This document shows, piece after piece, positions 18,724 through 29,025 of a stretch of 64,000 nucleotides of DNA. This stretch comes from a virus. Position 1 is the first letter of the stretch. Each line of letters starts with the position of its first letter. Where the stretch lies: the IMG/VR virus record IMGVR_UViG_3300045988_103228, positions 1 through 64,000 of that record, one strand, 5' to 3'. Made by a program: the position numbers and the translations under genes. The notes under the pieces were generated by a model. It was not told the origin of the DNA. It worked only from the letters and a program-made list of their open reading frames with translations, and ran no database searches.

Positions 18724-19103
18724 GCCAGCCCCTCCCGTTCAGCTTTCCACTGAGCATACTTATCATAAGCAATCTTCTGAGCAAGTTCTCTATTCTCAGC
18801 GGTCACATAAATAGTCCACACCATTCCCTTATCGTAAGGAGCCGAATCAAAATAATCAGGTTTCCACTCTTTGTCTTTAATATCTTCAACATCTCTATTA
18901 GAATGGATTACGAGCCAGTTTCCATTTTTTTCGTAGTGATAAACCTTCCAGATCCCAATCGGATTTATAATACAATCCTCGTACTCTTCGACATCACCGT
19001 CGTAGGCTGCAGCGATTCTTTCTGCTTTTTCTTTATCTTCAGTAATAGTAATAATCCGATAGTCTGAGTATTCGCCTTCGGTTACTGCATAATAAGTTTT
19101 CAT
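18720..19103 (-). CDS. Hypothetical protein
   Basis: 127-aa ORF. Confidence 0.45.
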   Translation of the reverse strand: MKTYYAVTEGEYSDYRIITITEDKEKAERIAAAYDGDVEEYEDCIINPIGIWKVYHYEKNGNWLVIHSNRDVEDIKDKEWKPDYFDSAPYDKGMVWTIYVTAENRELAQKIAYDKYAQWKAEREGLA

Positions 19104-19113
19104 AATCTTCTCC

Positions 19114-20445
19114 TTAGCCGTAGCTCACTTCGTTCTTGTCGTTTCGGAACCGCACAAAGGTCGGGAACTGCAGGGACTCAACACCAGTTTTCTTATCACA
19201 GCTGACCTCTTTGTATTTACACTCAACAATCTTGCCAATGTATTCATCAGGATTCGCCCACACAGCAGCTCTCGTAGCGTCATCAAAACCAGATCCGATT
19301 CGAAGCTCATTGCCCTTATAGTCAACAACAAGAGCGCCCATCGTGTCTGCCAGACGGTTCTGGCCTTTTTCAATCGCGGTGATTCGCAGGTCAACAGTAT
19401 AAAAACGCTTGATTTTAAGACAACCATTGTGACGAGCCCGGCGGTAAGGAACGTCCGTGTTCAACATCAAACCTTCCCATCCAATTTCGACCGCATAATC
19501 GAGCCACTTAGAAATCACACTCTGGTCAGTACCTTCATAGACCATCGGCACAATCTCAATATTTTTAAGGTGCTTGTGAGCAATCTCTGCACGAAGGCAA
19601 TTCAACCATTCACGGCGCGTCCGATACGGAACCGTGCATTTACTGCGGTCGAACTCGACAACAGGGATGATATCAAAAATAACGAACTTGATGCCAGTCT
19701 TGTCCTTACTATCCGAGTTCAATAGGCCAGTGCCATAACGAAAAGCCTCTCCGTCTGACATTCCTTCTGGATTCTTATAGATCAGCTCACCATCAAACAC
19801 CCACGCATCTCGCCTTGAGGCGTCTCCATCGTATAGAGAAAGCAGGTCATTCTTTATATGGTCGAGCCCCTTAAACTTCTGTGCTTGCCGAGAGATGATT
19901 TCACCTCTATGCATGGTGCCCCTATTGCCATTTTCTTTCTGACTAAGGCTGAACCAAGTGCCCTTCTTTAGCTTGACCTTATCAATTGGGTATCCCTGCT
20001 GAACCTCCCAGACAGGAATAATCTCTTCACCGTACACCTTATTGATGGTAGCTGCCTCAACACCAATCGGCAGATTCTTGGTGAACAGTCGCTTCAGAAA
20101 TTCTTCGTATTCAGGATTCTTATGTAAATAATTCTGGATTGTTGCGATGGATGCGTCAGAACCTGTATTGTGACCAGCACCCATAATATAAAGGTATCCG
20201 CAACTGAGATACTGAATATCGATATCAGGCTTTGCCGTTACCTTCTTGTTGATCTTTGCGTCAGACAGACCAGTAACAATTGCCGGGTCGAGCAGGAATC
20301 GGAAAAACGCCATCAGTTCATCAGCTTCATCTCCAAAATCCTTACGTGCATCTAGCAAAATGCGGGTCTTGTCCGTCTTCTTCTTTGCTTTCTGCAATGC
20401 ATTAACCATTGCATCAAGCTTACCTATGAGTTCTTTATCTGTCAT
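19114..20445 (-). CDS. ATP-dependent DNA ligase
   Basis: 443 aa. Motif I KENGNR (KxNGxR variant), motif III VFDGELIY, motif IV EGLMLN, motif V CLKIKR. Confidence 0.8.
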   Translation of the reverse strand: MTDKELIGKLDAMVNALQKAKKKTDKTRILLDARKDFGDEADELMAFFRFLLDPAIVTGLSDAKINKKVTAKPDIDIQYLSCGYLYIMGAGHNTGSDASIATIQNYLHKNPEYEEFLKRLFTKNLPIGVEAATINKVYGEEIIPVWEVQQGYPIDKVKLKKGTWFSLSQKENGNRGTMHRGEIISRQAQKFKGLDHIKNDLLSLYDGDASRRDAWVFDGELIYKNPEGMSDGEAFRYGTGLLNSDSKDKTGIKFVIFDIIPVVEFDRSKCTVPYRTRREWLNCLRAEIAHKHLKNIEIVPMVYEGTDQSVISKWLDYAVEIGWEGLMLNTDVPYRRARHNGCLKIKRFYTVDLRITAIEKGQNRLADTMGALVVDYKGNELRIGSGFDDATRAAVWANPDEYIGKIVECKYKEVSCDKKTGVESLQFPTFVRFRNDKNEVSYG

Positions 20446-20459
20446 AAAGCCTCCTTTTA

Positions 20460-20480
20460 GTATCCTGTGTTACTTAGCTA
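20460..20480 (+). repeat. Conserved intergenic 21-nt motif, copy 1
   Basis: gtatcctgtgttacttagcta, ending 4 nt from the ligase RBS AAAGGAGG. Confidence 0.7.
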
Positions 20481-20484
20481 TATC

Positions 20485-20518
20485 TAATAAAGAAAGGCTT
20501 GTCGTTATGAGCAAGCCG
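20485..20518 (-). terminator. Rho-independent terminator-like hairpin downstream of the helicase gene
   Basis: Stem ggcttg/caagcc with a T-run on the minus strand (tttctttatt). Confidence 0.45.
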
Positions 20519-20528
20519 TCTTTTTATT

Positions 20529-20549
20529 GTATCCTGTGTCACGTAGCTA
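20529..20549 (+). repeat. Conserved intergenic 21-nt motif, copy 2
   Basis: gtatcctgtgtcacgtagcta. With copy 3 it forms an inverted pair (~20-bp stem). Confidence 0.7.
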
Positions 20550-20587
20550 TAGGGAAAATTTTAAGCCTCTGGGATAGAGACTTCTTA

Positions 20588-20608
20588 TAGCTACATTATA
20601 CAGGATAC
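20588..20608 (-). repeat. Conserved intergenic 21-nt motif, copy 3 (inverted)
   Basis: tagctacattatacaggatac is the reverse complement of the motif. Confidence 0.7.
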
Positions 20609-20619
20609 CATTTGTTTTG

Positions 20620-22950
20620 TCAATGCTTTTCTGAAAATTCTTTCCGTAAAAATTCCTTCAGGAACGTCTGCTTATATGGCACTCTCGAAGTCTTTACAGC
20701 CCGATCAAGAGCATGAGTTTCGGCGCAAATTACGCAATACTTCTTGGCACGAGTAATGGCCGTATAGAGCCATTCTCTCGTCAACATCAGATACGCAGAG
20801 TTGTCCATGCCAACAATCACATACGGAGCCTCACTGCCCTGCAGTTTATGACAACTCAGAGCATAAGCAAGTTCAAGCGTTGCCCAGATGTTATTCCCAC
20901 CAAAGTAATGTGGAATGAAGATCGTTCCCCACTGGTCAAAATCAACCAGAATAAAACTACTCTCAATCTTTCGGATAATGCCACGGTTCCCGTTGAACAC
21001 AGGGCACTTCTTTTCCTTTTTCTTTGTCTTGAGATTGTATGTGTGAAGCTCATAGTTGTTCTTGTTGATAATGACCTGATCGCCCTCACGCAGAGTATAC
21101 GCTCTATCCTTGCCATCACCATAGATTGTGACCTTTGCTTCTGCTTGACCACGACTCGGATTCACAATTTCCTGAATAGCATTATTGACTTCATAGGTGC
21201 AGATACTGCCACGCAGCTTCTGTGGAAGTACAATCTGAATCTTCGCACTATCATTCCCTACCTTATTATATAAGGTACGATATTGATTGATGATGTGGTT
21301 GAATGACTCACTTGCGTCCTTATAGATATCCAACTCCAAATCACGAAGTTCACCACGAATCTCACTACCAGCCCAGCCATAAGGCACCAACTGCGTAGCG
21401 TTACGAACCTTAATGCTCTCCGTGATAATTGCAGACTTGGCTGCCTGACGATGGATCTTAGTCAAACGAGCCACAGGAACAACCTTAGATGCAAGCATAT
21501 CCTTGAAAATATTACACATACCGATGCTCTCAAGCTGTCCGTCATCACCAATCATGATGAATCGCTTTCCGGTCTCGATAGCTTGAATCAAGTCATAGAA
21601 CAACTGAGCTCCGACCATAGAGGTCTCATCCAGAATGATAATGTCTTCTTCAAGAGGATTGTCCTTGTCATGGATGAAACCACCATTCTCAATATCATAA
21701 CCAAGAAGACGATGAATGGTCTTACCGTCCTGACCAGTAATCTCCTGCATACGAGCTGCGGCACGACCAGAAAGCGCAGTCTGAGCGAAAGACTTACCAC
21801 GAAGAACCTTTAGAACACCAGCGACAACGGTACTTTTACCAGTTCCGCCGTAGCCTGTTAAGATACAGACGTTGCTAGAGCATACCTTTTTAATAGCATC
21901 TCTCTGCTCTTCTGTATACTCGATGCCAAGTGCATCTTCTGCCTCATTAATTGCTACATCCATGTTTCGACCAATCGGCTCAATAGGTGCATCCGCCAGT
22001 CGCTTGATCTCTTTTGCAATTTCATCTTCAAGATTCCACACTCTAGTTAAAGCAAATTCCTGACGGTCATCACTCCACCAAAGTGTTTTACGGACATCAT
22101 GCAGATGGAAAAGTGCCATTTTGATGACTTCTTGGTCACCCTCGTTCAAATCAAGTTCCTTAATACAGCTATTGATTGTCTGGTTTGCCGGGATAATAGA
22201 GTTACCTTCTTCGGCACGGGCGGCAAGAAAATGCATGACATAAGCTTCGATTCTGAATTGCGAATTGTGCTTTAAGCCCATATTCAAAGCAAGAGCGTCA
22301 GCTTTTTTCCAGCCGATGCCATACGCATCATCGATCAGAACATAAGGATTCTCTTCAATCTTTCTCACTAGAGTGTCTGCACCATGATATTGACGGACAA
22401 GCTTTTCAATAGCACTAGAAGTCAAGCCATACTCAATCAGCTTTGTATATGCTTCACTGTTATCAATGTTGTTTTCATAGGCATCAATGATTTTCTTGGC
22501 TCGACCTTCCGTAATACCACTAACAGTACAAAGAGACTTGATATCACCATTCTTGATAATCTCATACGGATTGTCGAATGCTTCATAGAGCATCTCAAAC
22601 TGATGGTCGGTCAAGATAAAACGGAGAAAGCTTTTTTGTTCTTCCGGGTCAGTAATCTCTTGAAACTCATTCATGTAGATAATTTTATACTGATCACCGA
22701 ACTTTTCATGATGAACGTACTCACCACAGAACGAATAAGTTTTATTCATATCGAGACTAGGAACGTTTCCTTTTAGCCGGAGGTCGCTGTATCGGCTCAT
22801 GATAGGATTTCCCTGCTTGACTTTTACCACCTCGGCAGAGAAAGTGGCAAAGCCGCCGGGCTCCACCTCCCTCCCATCTTTCGGATAAAAGACTCGTTTT
22901 ATCCTGATGTAACAACGGATCATATTTTCATTAAATTTCTTATCTGCCAC
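20620..22950 (-). CDS. RecD-like SF1 DNA helicase (AAA_30/UvrD_C_2 type)
   Basis: 776 aa. Walker A GYGGTGKST, Walker B IILDETSMV, C-terminal HKLQGSEAPYVIVGMD. Confidence 0.75.
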   Translation of the reverse strand: MADKKFNENMIRCYIRIKRVFYPKDGREVEPGGFATFSAEVVKVKQGNPIMSRYSDLRLKGNVPSLDMNKTYSFCGEYVHHEKFGDQYKIIYMNEFQEITDPEEQKSFLRFILTDHQFEMLYEAFDNPYEIIKNGDIKSLCTVSGITEGRAKKIIDAYENNIDNSEAYTKLIEYGLTSSAIEKLVRQYHGADTLVRKIEENPYVLIDDAYGIGWKKADALALNMGLKHNSQFRIEAYVMHFLAARAEEGNSIIPANQTINSCIKELDLNEGDQEVIKMALFHLHDVRKTLWWSDDRQEFALTRVWNLEDEIAKEIKRLADAPIEPIGRNMDVAINEAEDALGIEYTEEQRDAIKKVCSSNVCILTGYGGTGKSTVVAGVLKVLRGKSFAQTALSGRAAARMQEITGQDGKTIHRLLGYDIENGGFIHDKDNPLEEDIIILDETSMVGAQLFYDLIQAIETGKRFIMIGDDGQLESIGMCNIFKDMLASKVVPVARLTKIHRQAAKSAIITESIKVRNATQLVPYGWAGSEIRGELRDLELDIYKDASESFNHIINQYRTLYNKVGNDSAKIQIVLPQKLRGSICTYEVNNAIQEIVNPSRGQAEAKVTIYGDGKDRAYTLREGDQVIINKNNYELHTYNLKTKKKEKKCPVFNGNRGIIRKIESSFILVDFDQWGTIFIPHYFGGNNIWATLELAYALSCHKLQGSEAPYVIVGMDNSAYLMLTREWLYTAITRAKKYCVICAETHALDRAVKTSRVPYKQTFLKEFLRKEFSEKH

Positions 22951-22962
22951 CTTACAACCCTC

Positions 22963-25900
22963 TTACCTTATCTCTCTATCATGCAGCCATTGCTTGTAAG
23001 GCTTGAAGTCATTCGCAATAACGTGCGAATCATCTTCCTTCTTGCCAAGCACAGCTACCTGACTTCCCTTAACAATCAAATCCTGATAATCAGAAAGGAT
23101 TCTCGGCCACACAGTTAGCTCAATGATACCATCACCAGAGTACAGATTTACAAACGCAAACTGCATACCAGTCTTTGTTTTCTTCTTCTGAATCTTTGCG
23201 ATAATACCAACCAGCATACAAGAGTCACCACTCTCAACCTCTGAGAAATCCTGAATGTACTCGTATGCCTTTTCAAACGGATTCTTATCGATGATGAACG
23301 CCTGTAATGTCTGGAATTCCCAGAATTGCTCGTCCTTCAAATATTTCTCTGATTGCTCAGTCATATATGCTTCTTTTTTCTTGAACTTTTCAGTTTCATG
23401 TACGACACGGCGTTTTTCGTTATAGATTCGTAAGACAGTTTCTTTATCAACCTTCTTACCAACCTTATAGTGCTCCGTGTCAATGTCCCACTTACTCAGC
23501 AAGACAGCTTTTGTCGGAAGCGTGCTTACTGGCTTGAACTCAGATTGCTCCAAACCACTCGCAATGTACTTTTCCAAGAATGCTCGTTTATTCTTTGTAG
23601 GAATGGCACCAGACTTAACCAGTGCGATGATCTGCGCCTTTGTTGCACGGACACGGCTCGTGAAGTCATCAAGACCCTTGAACTTTCCATTCTTATCTCT
23701 TTCGGCAATAATAGCATCGGCAAGCGTATCACCAATACCACCGATTGCGGATAGACCAAATAGAATTTTCCCATTTGATACAGTAAAATCCATGCCAGAA
23801 CGATTGATACTCGGAGGAAGAACCTGAATGCCAAAACTTCTTGCATCCACCATAATCTTGTTGACCTTGCCAACCTTTGCTTTATTTAGGTTCAGCATAG
23901 CCTTAAAGAATGCAAGCGGATGGTGTGTTTTTAAGTATGCTGTTTGAAGGCAGATAACGGCATACGCCTGAGAATGTGACTTGTTAAATCCGTAGCCGCC
24001 CTTCGTTGACAGTTCATCGCAAATATATTCGGCGGTTGCTTTATCGTATCCGTTTGCAAGAATCTCATCGTAAAGAAGCTCGACCTCTTCCTTGACTTTC
24101 TCAGGCTTTTTCTTTGCCAAGCATTTACGCATTCTATCAGCTCCGGCATCGTTTCGACCGCCAAAGACCTTCGTGAGCTTCATACTCTGTTCCTGATAGA
24201 TATTCACACCATAGGTGCTGCGAAAAATTGGTTCCATGTCAGGATGGAAGTAGTGAATGTGTTCAGGGTGGTACTTGCAATCAACGTATGTAGGAATGGA
24301 CGGCATCGCATCAGGACGATAAAGTGCAATCAAAGCGGATAGTTCTTCAATCGACCTCGGCTGAAGCTGTGCAACCAGATCCTTCATGCCTGAAGACTCA
24401 ATCTGGAATAGATTGTCTGTCCGCCCGGAACAAATCAAATCGTAAGTTGCCTTATCGTTCTCGAAATCTGGATTGTTGATATCAATTTCCCAGTCTGGAA
24501 TATTATCCTCACGCTTCGCTTCATCAATAGCGACCAGTGATGCAACACCAAGAATATCAAACTTAACAAGTCCAATCTTCTCGTCCATCACCTTATCAAC
24601 AGAGATAACATGCTCTCCGTCAGTACCATGCCGGATACCGATATATTCATAGTAAGGATGTCGGCAGACGATAACACCACCAGCATGGATACCGTATCCT
24701 CGTGGACGACCATTGATGTGACTTGCGATGTCAAGTAATTCCTGATACTTCGGATTTTTTGCAACTTCTGGGTTGGCTTCAAGGCAATCTTTCCATGTCT
24801 TTTGAACGAACTTCTCGCTGATTTTTCTTATCTCGGCATACGGGAAACCGAGCACCTTACCAACATCCTGAATTGAAGTAACCGGAGTAGTGTACACGAT
24901 ATTCATAACCTGAACTACTCGATCTTCACCGTACTTCCGTGTCAGATACTCAACAACCTTGGCACGGTCACTGACATCAACATCAACGTCAGGAAGGTCT
25001 TTTCTCTCAATGGTAAGGAATCGTCCGAAGTCAAGTTCATACTTGATGGAATCAAGCTGCGTAATGCCAATCAGGTAACATACAAGCGAGCCAGCGGCAG
25101 AGCCACGGCCAGGGCCAACAATAACATCATTTTTCTTACACCAGTTGATGTAATCAACCAGAATCAAAAAGTAATCACAGAAGTCTTTCTTCTCAATGAC
25201 AAATAACTCGTCATCAACACGCTTACGATAGATTTTCTGTTTTTCTACATCAAACTTGTCAATACCGCGTTTCTTCCATCCCTCTTTTACAAGGTCTTTC
25301 AAGTAAGCTGCTGAGTTAGAATACTGTGGGGGAATCTCGATTTTAGGAAGTTCAGGTTCGTGCCAAGGCATATCCACATAGTCACATAAGTCAGCAACCT
25401 CATCAGTGTTGTTGATACACCATTCTGCTGCATCATATCCAATCTGGCCGTCAAGAACTTCATGTTGCTCTTCACGAGACATGAAATAACATCCTTCATA
25501 GATCTCTGCGGCAGTTTCCGTATCATGTGCGATACGAAGGAAGTAATCTTGATAATAAAGATCCTCTTTGGTAGCAGCATGAACATCGTTTGTGACAACT
25601 ACTTTTGTGTGAGTATCGTTTGCCAACCGCATGATTTTCTGATTGTATTTTGCCTGTTCACTGTTTGCATGAGCCTGAACCTCAAGATAATAATGAGGAA
25701 ATAAGCTCTTATACTCTTGGACCAGCTTGACACAAGTGTCATAATCATCCGTTCTGGACAGCCTACTCGCCAAACAAGCAGACAGGATAATCAAATTATT
25801 CGTATCTTCCTTAGCGATATCATCTTTTGTGATACGAGGACGGCTGTAAAAGCCATGAAGATGACCGAGTGTAGACAAGCGATTGACTGCCTGACGACCA

Positions 25901-26178
25901 GCTTCGTTTTTTGCAATGATGATCAAGTGCCAGTATTTACTGTTCTTATCCTTAACTTCCCTGTCCTCACACTCATATGCCTCAATACCATAAAGAAGTT
26001 TTACATCAGGATACTTGTCTTTTAGTTCTGAGTAGTACGGCCAGCTTGTCACCTCACCATGCTCCGTAATAGCAACGGCCTTTAAACCGAGTTCAGATGC
26101 TCTTTTTAGATTTTCTTCAGGAGAAGAGTACCCATCTAGCAGACTGTAATTCGAGTGCGTGTGTAAACTACTTGACAT
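22963..26178 (-). CDS. dnaE: DNA polymerase III alpha subunit (DnaE-type, PHP domain)
   Basis: 1071 aa. N-terminal PHP motif HTHSNYSLLDG...ITEHG, polymerase core, C-terminal OB region. Confidence 0.85.
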   Translation of the reverse strand: MSSSLHTHSNYSLLDGYSSPEENLKRASELGLKAVAITEHGEVTSWPYYSELKDKYPDVKLLYGIEAYECEDREVKDKNSKYWHLIIIAKNEAGRQAVNRLSTLGHLHGFYSRPRITKDDIAKEDTNNLIILSACLASRLSRTDDYDTCVKLVQEYKSLFPHYYLEVQAHANSEQAKYNQKIMRLANDTHTKVVVTNDVHAATKEDLYYQDYFLRIAHDTETAAEIYEGCYFMSREEQHEVLDGQIGYDAAEWCINNTDEVADLCDYVDMPWHEPELPKIEIPPQYSNSAAYLKDLVKEGWKKRGIDKFDVEKQKIYRKRVDDELFVIEKKDFCDYFLILVDYINWCKKNDVIVGPGRGSAAGSLVCYLIGITQLDSIKYELDFGRFLTIERKDLPDVDVDVSDRAKVVEYLTRKYGEDRVVQVMNIVYTTPVTSIQDVGKVLGFPYAEIRKISEKFVQKTWKDCLEANPEVAKNPKYQELLDIASHINGRPRGYGIHAGGVIVCRHPYYEYIGIRHGTDGEHVISVDKVMDEKIGLVKFDILGVASLVAIDEAKREDNIPDWEIDINNPDFENDKATYDLICSGRTDNLFQIESSGMKDLVAQLQPRSIEELSALIALYRPDAMPSIPTYVDCKYHPEHIHYFHPDMEPIFRSTYGVNIYQEQSMKLTKVFGGRNDAGADRMRKCLAKKKPEKVKEEVELLYDEILANGYDKATAEYICDELSTKGGYGFNKSHSQAYAVICLQTAYLKTHHPLAFFKAMLNLNKAKVGKVNKIMVDARSFGIQVLPPSINRSGMDFTVSNGKILFGLSAIGGIGDTLADAIIAERDKNGKFKGLDDFTSRVRATKAQIIALVKSGAIPTKNKRAFLEKYIASGLEQSEFKPVSTLPTKAVLLSKWDIDTEHYKVGKKVDKETVLRIYNEKRRVVHETEKFKKKEAYMTEQSEKYLKDEQFWEFQTLQAFIIDKNPFEKAYEYIQDFSEVESGDSCMLVGIIAKIQKKKTKTGMQFAFVNLYSGDGIIELTVWPRILSDYQDLIVKGSQVAVLGKKEDDSHVIANDFKPYKQWLHDREIR

Positions 26179-26180
26179 CC

Positions 26181-26939
26181 TTACTCCTTCCTCTTATCTC
26201 CAAACTTAATAATATCATCAAAAAGCATTACATAGTCATCGGTATACTTGTTGCCATGAAAATGGCCGAAGTACCAGAATGGTTTACGATCGTTAGGATA
26301 GCATTCGTATATATTATCAAAGAATATTTCAGTTGACTGATCCACTGTGTTTTGATCAATACCACCGACAAACAATTCAGTTGGAATGAACCGGAATGGA
26401 CAGGTATGCGTGAGCATAACATCAATATCATTGATTTTAGGGTCATGTGTAATATTCCAAATCTTTTTCTTAGTCTTCTCATTAGGCTGTTCATCCGGCC
26501 ACCAATTCCATCCATGATCTAACCGATAATATTTATCTACAGAATAGGCTCCGCCACAGACAAGACAGTTTAAAATTTCCCTATCAGCAAGAATCTGGTA
26601 AACCTCGCCATCAATAGCAAAATACTGATTAGGATAATGTGGGTCATACCACACTTTACCGCAAATATCTCCACTGATTTCCTTTATTTTATAGCCACCT
26701 TTACGAGATGGGCGGCGTTCATGATTTCCATGAATACAAAACAGATTCGCAGGAATATATGCTGCAGTAGTCTTAATACTCCATTCACGAGGGTCGTCTT
26801 TGCCGTAGTAGTTCAAACCGACATCGCCAAGGCAAATGATCCAGTCATTCTTTCCAAGATTATGTTTATGGCAGAATTTCTCTAATTTAAAAAAACGGTA
26901 AAATTCGCCATGAATATCACCTGTAATGTAAACAGCCAT
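26181..26939 (-). CDS. Calcineurin-like metallophosphoesterase (PP-lambda-like Ser/Thr phosphatase)
   Basis: 252 aa. GDIHG, GDVGLNYYG and GNHE metallophosphatase motifs. Confidence 0.65.
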   Translation of the reverse strand: MAVYITGDIHGEFYRFFKLEKFCHKHNLGKNDWIICLGDVGLNYYGKDDPREWSIKTTAAYIPANLFCIHGNHERRPSRKGGYKIKEISGDICGKVWYDPHYPNQYFAIDGEVYQILADREILNCLVCGGAYSVDKYYRLDHGWNWWPDEQPNEKTKKKIWNITHDPKINDIDVMLTHTCPFRFIPTELFVGGIDQNTVDQSTEIFFDNIYECYPNDRKPFWYFGHFHGNKYTDDYVMLFDDIIKFGDKRKE

Positions 26940-27281
26940 TTAATCCACCTCAACAAGACAACCATTCTTTACAACCTTGGCCTTATCATCCCAATACTCA
27001 TCCGCACCAATCTTTCGAGGTGAAGTTCCAAAACGTTCTTTCCATTCAGGAAGGCTCTCGTTGATGGCATCAAACTGAATACCCCAATCAAAACAAGCCT
27101 CCATCGCATCGTACAGAAGCTTTCCTTCCCGGCAAGTCCAAAGAATCAAGCCAGCACCATGCTTCTGTTCCTGAATTGCCTGATAGATGACATTCCAATT
27201 CGGCTCACCAATATCAGGATATTCATTCTCGCAGAGCGTACCATCAAAGTCGATGGCAATAGCACGTTTCCAATTTCCCAT
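26940..27281 (-). CDS. HAD-superfamily-like small hydrolase
   Basis: 113 aa. DFDGTL is the HAD motif I DxDGT. Confidence 0.45.
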   Translation of the reverse strand: MGNWKRAIAIDFDGTLCENEYPDIGEPNWNVIYQAIQEQKHGAGLILWTCREGKLLYDAMEACFDWGIQFDAINESLPEWKERFGTSPRKIGADEYWDDKAKVVKNGCLVEVD

Positions 27282-27282
27282 A

Positions 27283-29025
27283 TCAAATCACCTCAAAATC
27301 CACAATCTGTGCCTGCGGTGTGACCTTGTTCCCATACTGATTTAGAGACAACCGACATACCGCATTGATGTATTTCTCTTCCTGACCACCATAGAAGTCA
27401 TTATTGATCCAACCAATCATCCGGCCATTGTCATTAAAACACACAAAATCAATGCCTTTTTCTTCGTCAGAATACTTCCACATATTGCCGTTCTTGCCCA
27501 TCGGAGCACATCCACTATGAATCAGCGGAATATTTTTAATGTAGAAATACGGCTCGGAAATTCCTTGTGCCCAGATTTTATGCATTTCATACATGGTCTT
27601 CGGCAATGCAACAGTCAACCTACTATAGTCAAAATCAAAATCAACTACGATTGCCTTACTCATCGTGACATCTTTAAGCAGCTCATTGCAATCTGCAATC
27701 GCCTTTGGCACATTTTCTTTCTTGATTTTCACACCAGCAGCATTATCATGACCAAGAACGGACTCAAAATCTCCGGTACTCATTAAGAACTCCTTTAAAC
27801 TTTCAATCGGAGAGCCGTCAGGATTTCTCATTGAACCACCAAAATACTCTTGATTCTCGTCTGGTTCTTCAGGGCAGGCCATCTCTCGAAGTAGTACGCA
27901 AGGTTTACCATACATTTCAGCCAGCTTAATTGCTACAACGCCAGTCAAATTACTGTCAAGAATGCCAGTGGAATTACAAAACAAAACTTTACTTCTGTCC
28001 GCTCCATACTTAGAAATCCAGTTTTGAAGTTCTACAACAGCTTTGTCCTTAGTCTTGTTTTGCTGATACTTGCAAGACGAACACTCACGAGCTACATGCT
28101 GCGCCAGGGTCTCATCAATCGTAATGCCGGCATTCTTGCCACGAGTCGGAGTATACTGGAACGTCTGTTCCTCACCGACCATTGCACGGAACATCCGCTT
28201 CTTTTGCTCAAATGAGCCAACACGAATCAGTGCGTTCATCATCGGAACGATATAGAACTGAACATCATTGATAGTCGGGTCACCCTTGATGTTGAAGCTA
28301 TTCGCCTCAATCAAAGCACAAATCATCGGATTTACAATTCGTGCCAGACCTTTCGTGCAAAGGCGCTTTGTTTCATGCGAGTGCATATCCATGACATCAC
28401 CGATGTTTCCAACAGCCACCAAATCAAGATATCGGTCTGCAACATTAGTCCAATTATCTTCATCAACAGCCTGAAGGAATTTATGCACCACGCCAGCGCC
28501 AGAAAGTTCCTTGTTAGGATATGTACCATTCTGATTGTTGACGATTACTGCGTAAGGATTCTCTCTGTCGCAGATGTGATGGTCAAGAATCAGAATATCG
28601 ATGCCCTTATCACGAAGTTCCTTGCATTGCTCAACATCGTTACTGCCAGCGTCAGGAATAATCAGCAGAGTGGTTTCAGGTGGAACCTCAATTTCTTTAG
28701 AGAGTCCATGCTCCTTGCCACTATGATGCAGAACATTGATTTTTCCAAAATAACCAATCGTCTTCAAATATTGAAACATCATTGAGGCACTTGTGAAACC
28801 ATCCACATCACAGTCTACAAGGATAGAGATAATAGACTTATTCCAGATGTGTTTGTTCAACAGCCTGACAGCATCTTCCATGTTGTCCAGTTCCCACGGA
28901 GAATTTAAGCAAGAATCATCCAGATTCATGTAGGTCTTATAATCCTCAATCCCTCTATTCTCCATAATCGTTCCAATCGGGTCTGATAGGTCGTTCCTAC
29001 TCCCATTCCAGAGTTTTACATTCAT
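27283..29025 (-). CDS. DHH-family phosphoesterase, RecJ-like ssDNA exonuclease
   Basis: 580 aa. DCDVDG, DAGSND and ILDHH motifs of the DHH domain, with a C-terminal DHHA1-like region. Confidence 0.7.
   Translation of the reverse strand: MNVKLWNGSRNDLSDPIGTIMENRGIEDYKTYMNLDDSCLNSPWELDNMEDAVRLLNKHIWNKSIISILVDCDVDGFTSASMMFQYLKTIGYFGKINVLHHSGKEHGLSKEIEVPPETTLLIIPDAGSNDVEQCKELRDKGIDILILDHHICDRENPYAVIVNNQNGTYPNKELSGAGVVHKFLQAVDEDNWTNVADRYLDLVAVGNIGDVMDMHSHETKRLCTKGLARIVNPMICALIEANSFNIKGDPTINDVQFYIVPMMNALIRVGSFEQKKRMFRAMVGEEQTFQYTPTRGKNAGITIDETLAQHVARECSSCKYQQNKTKDKAVVELQNWISKYGADRSKVLFCNSTGILDSNLTGVVAIKLAEMYGKPCVLLREMACPEEPDENQEYFGGSMRNPDGSPIESLKEFLMSTGDFESVLGHDNAAGVKIKKENVPKAIADCNELLKDVTMSKAIVVDFDFDYSRLTVALPKTMYEMHKIWAQGISEPYFYIKNIPLIHSGCAPMGKNGNMWKYSDEEKGIDFVCFNDNGRMIGWINNDFYGGQEEKYINAVCRLSLNQYGNKVTPQAQIVDFEVI

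Noticed and set aside
20713-21273. Plus-strand ORFs inside the helicase and other large genes (also 6787..7515, 16126..16623, 32986..33813, 50643..51365, 45704..46210)
   Set aside because: All lie antisense within strongly supported minus-strand genes and have low-complexity composition typical of AT-rich antisense frames.
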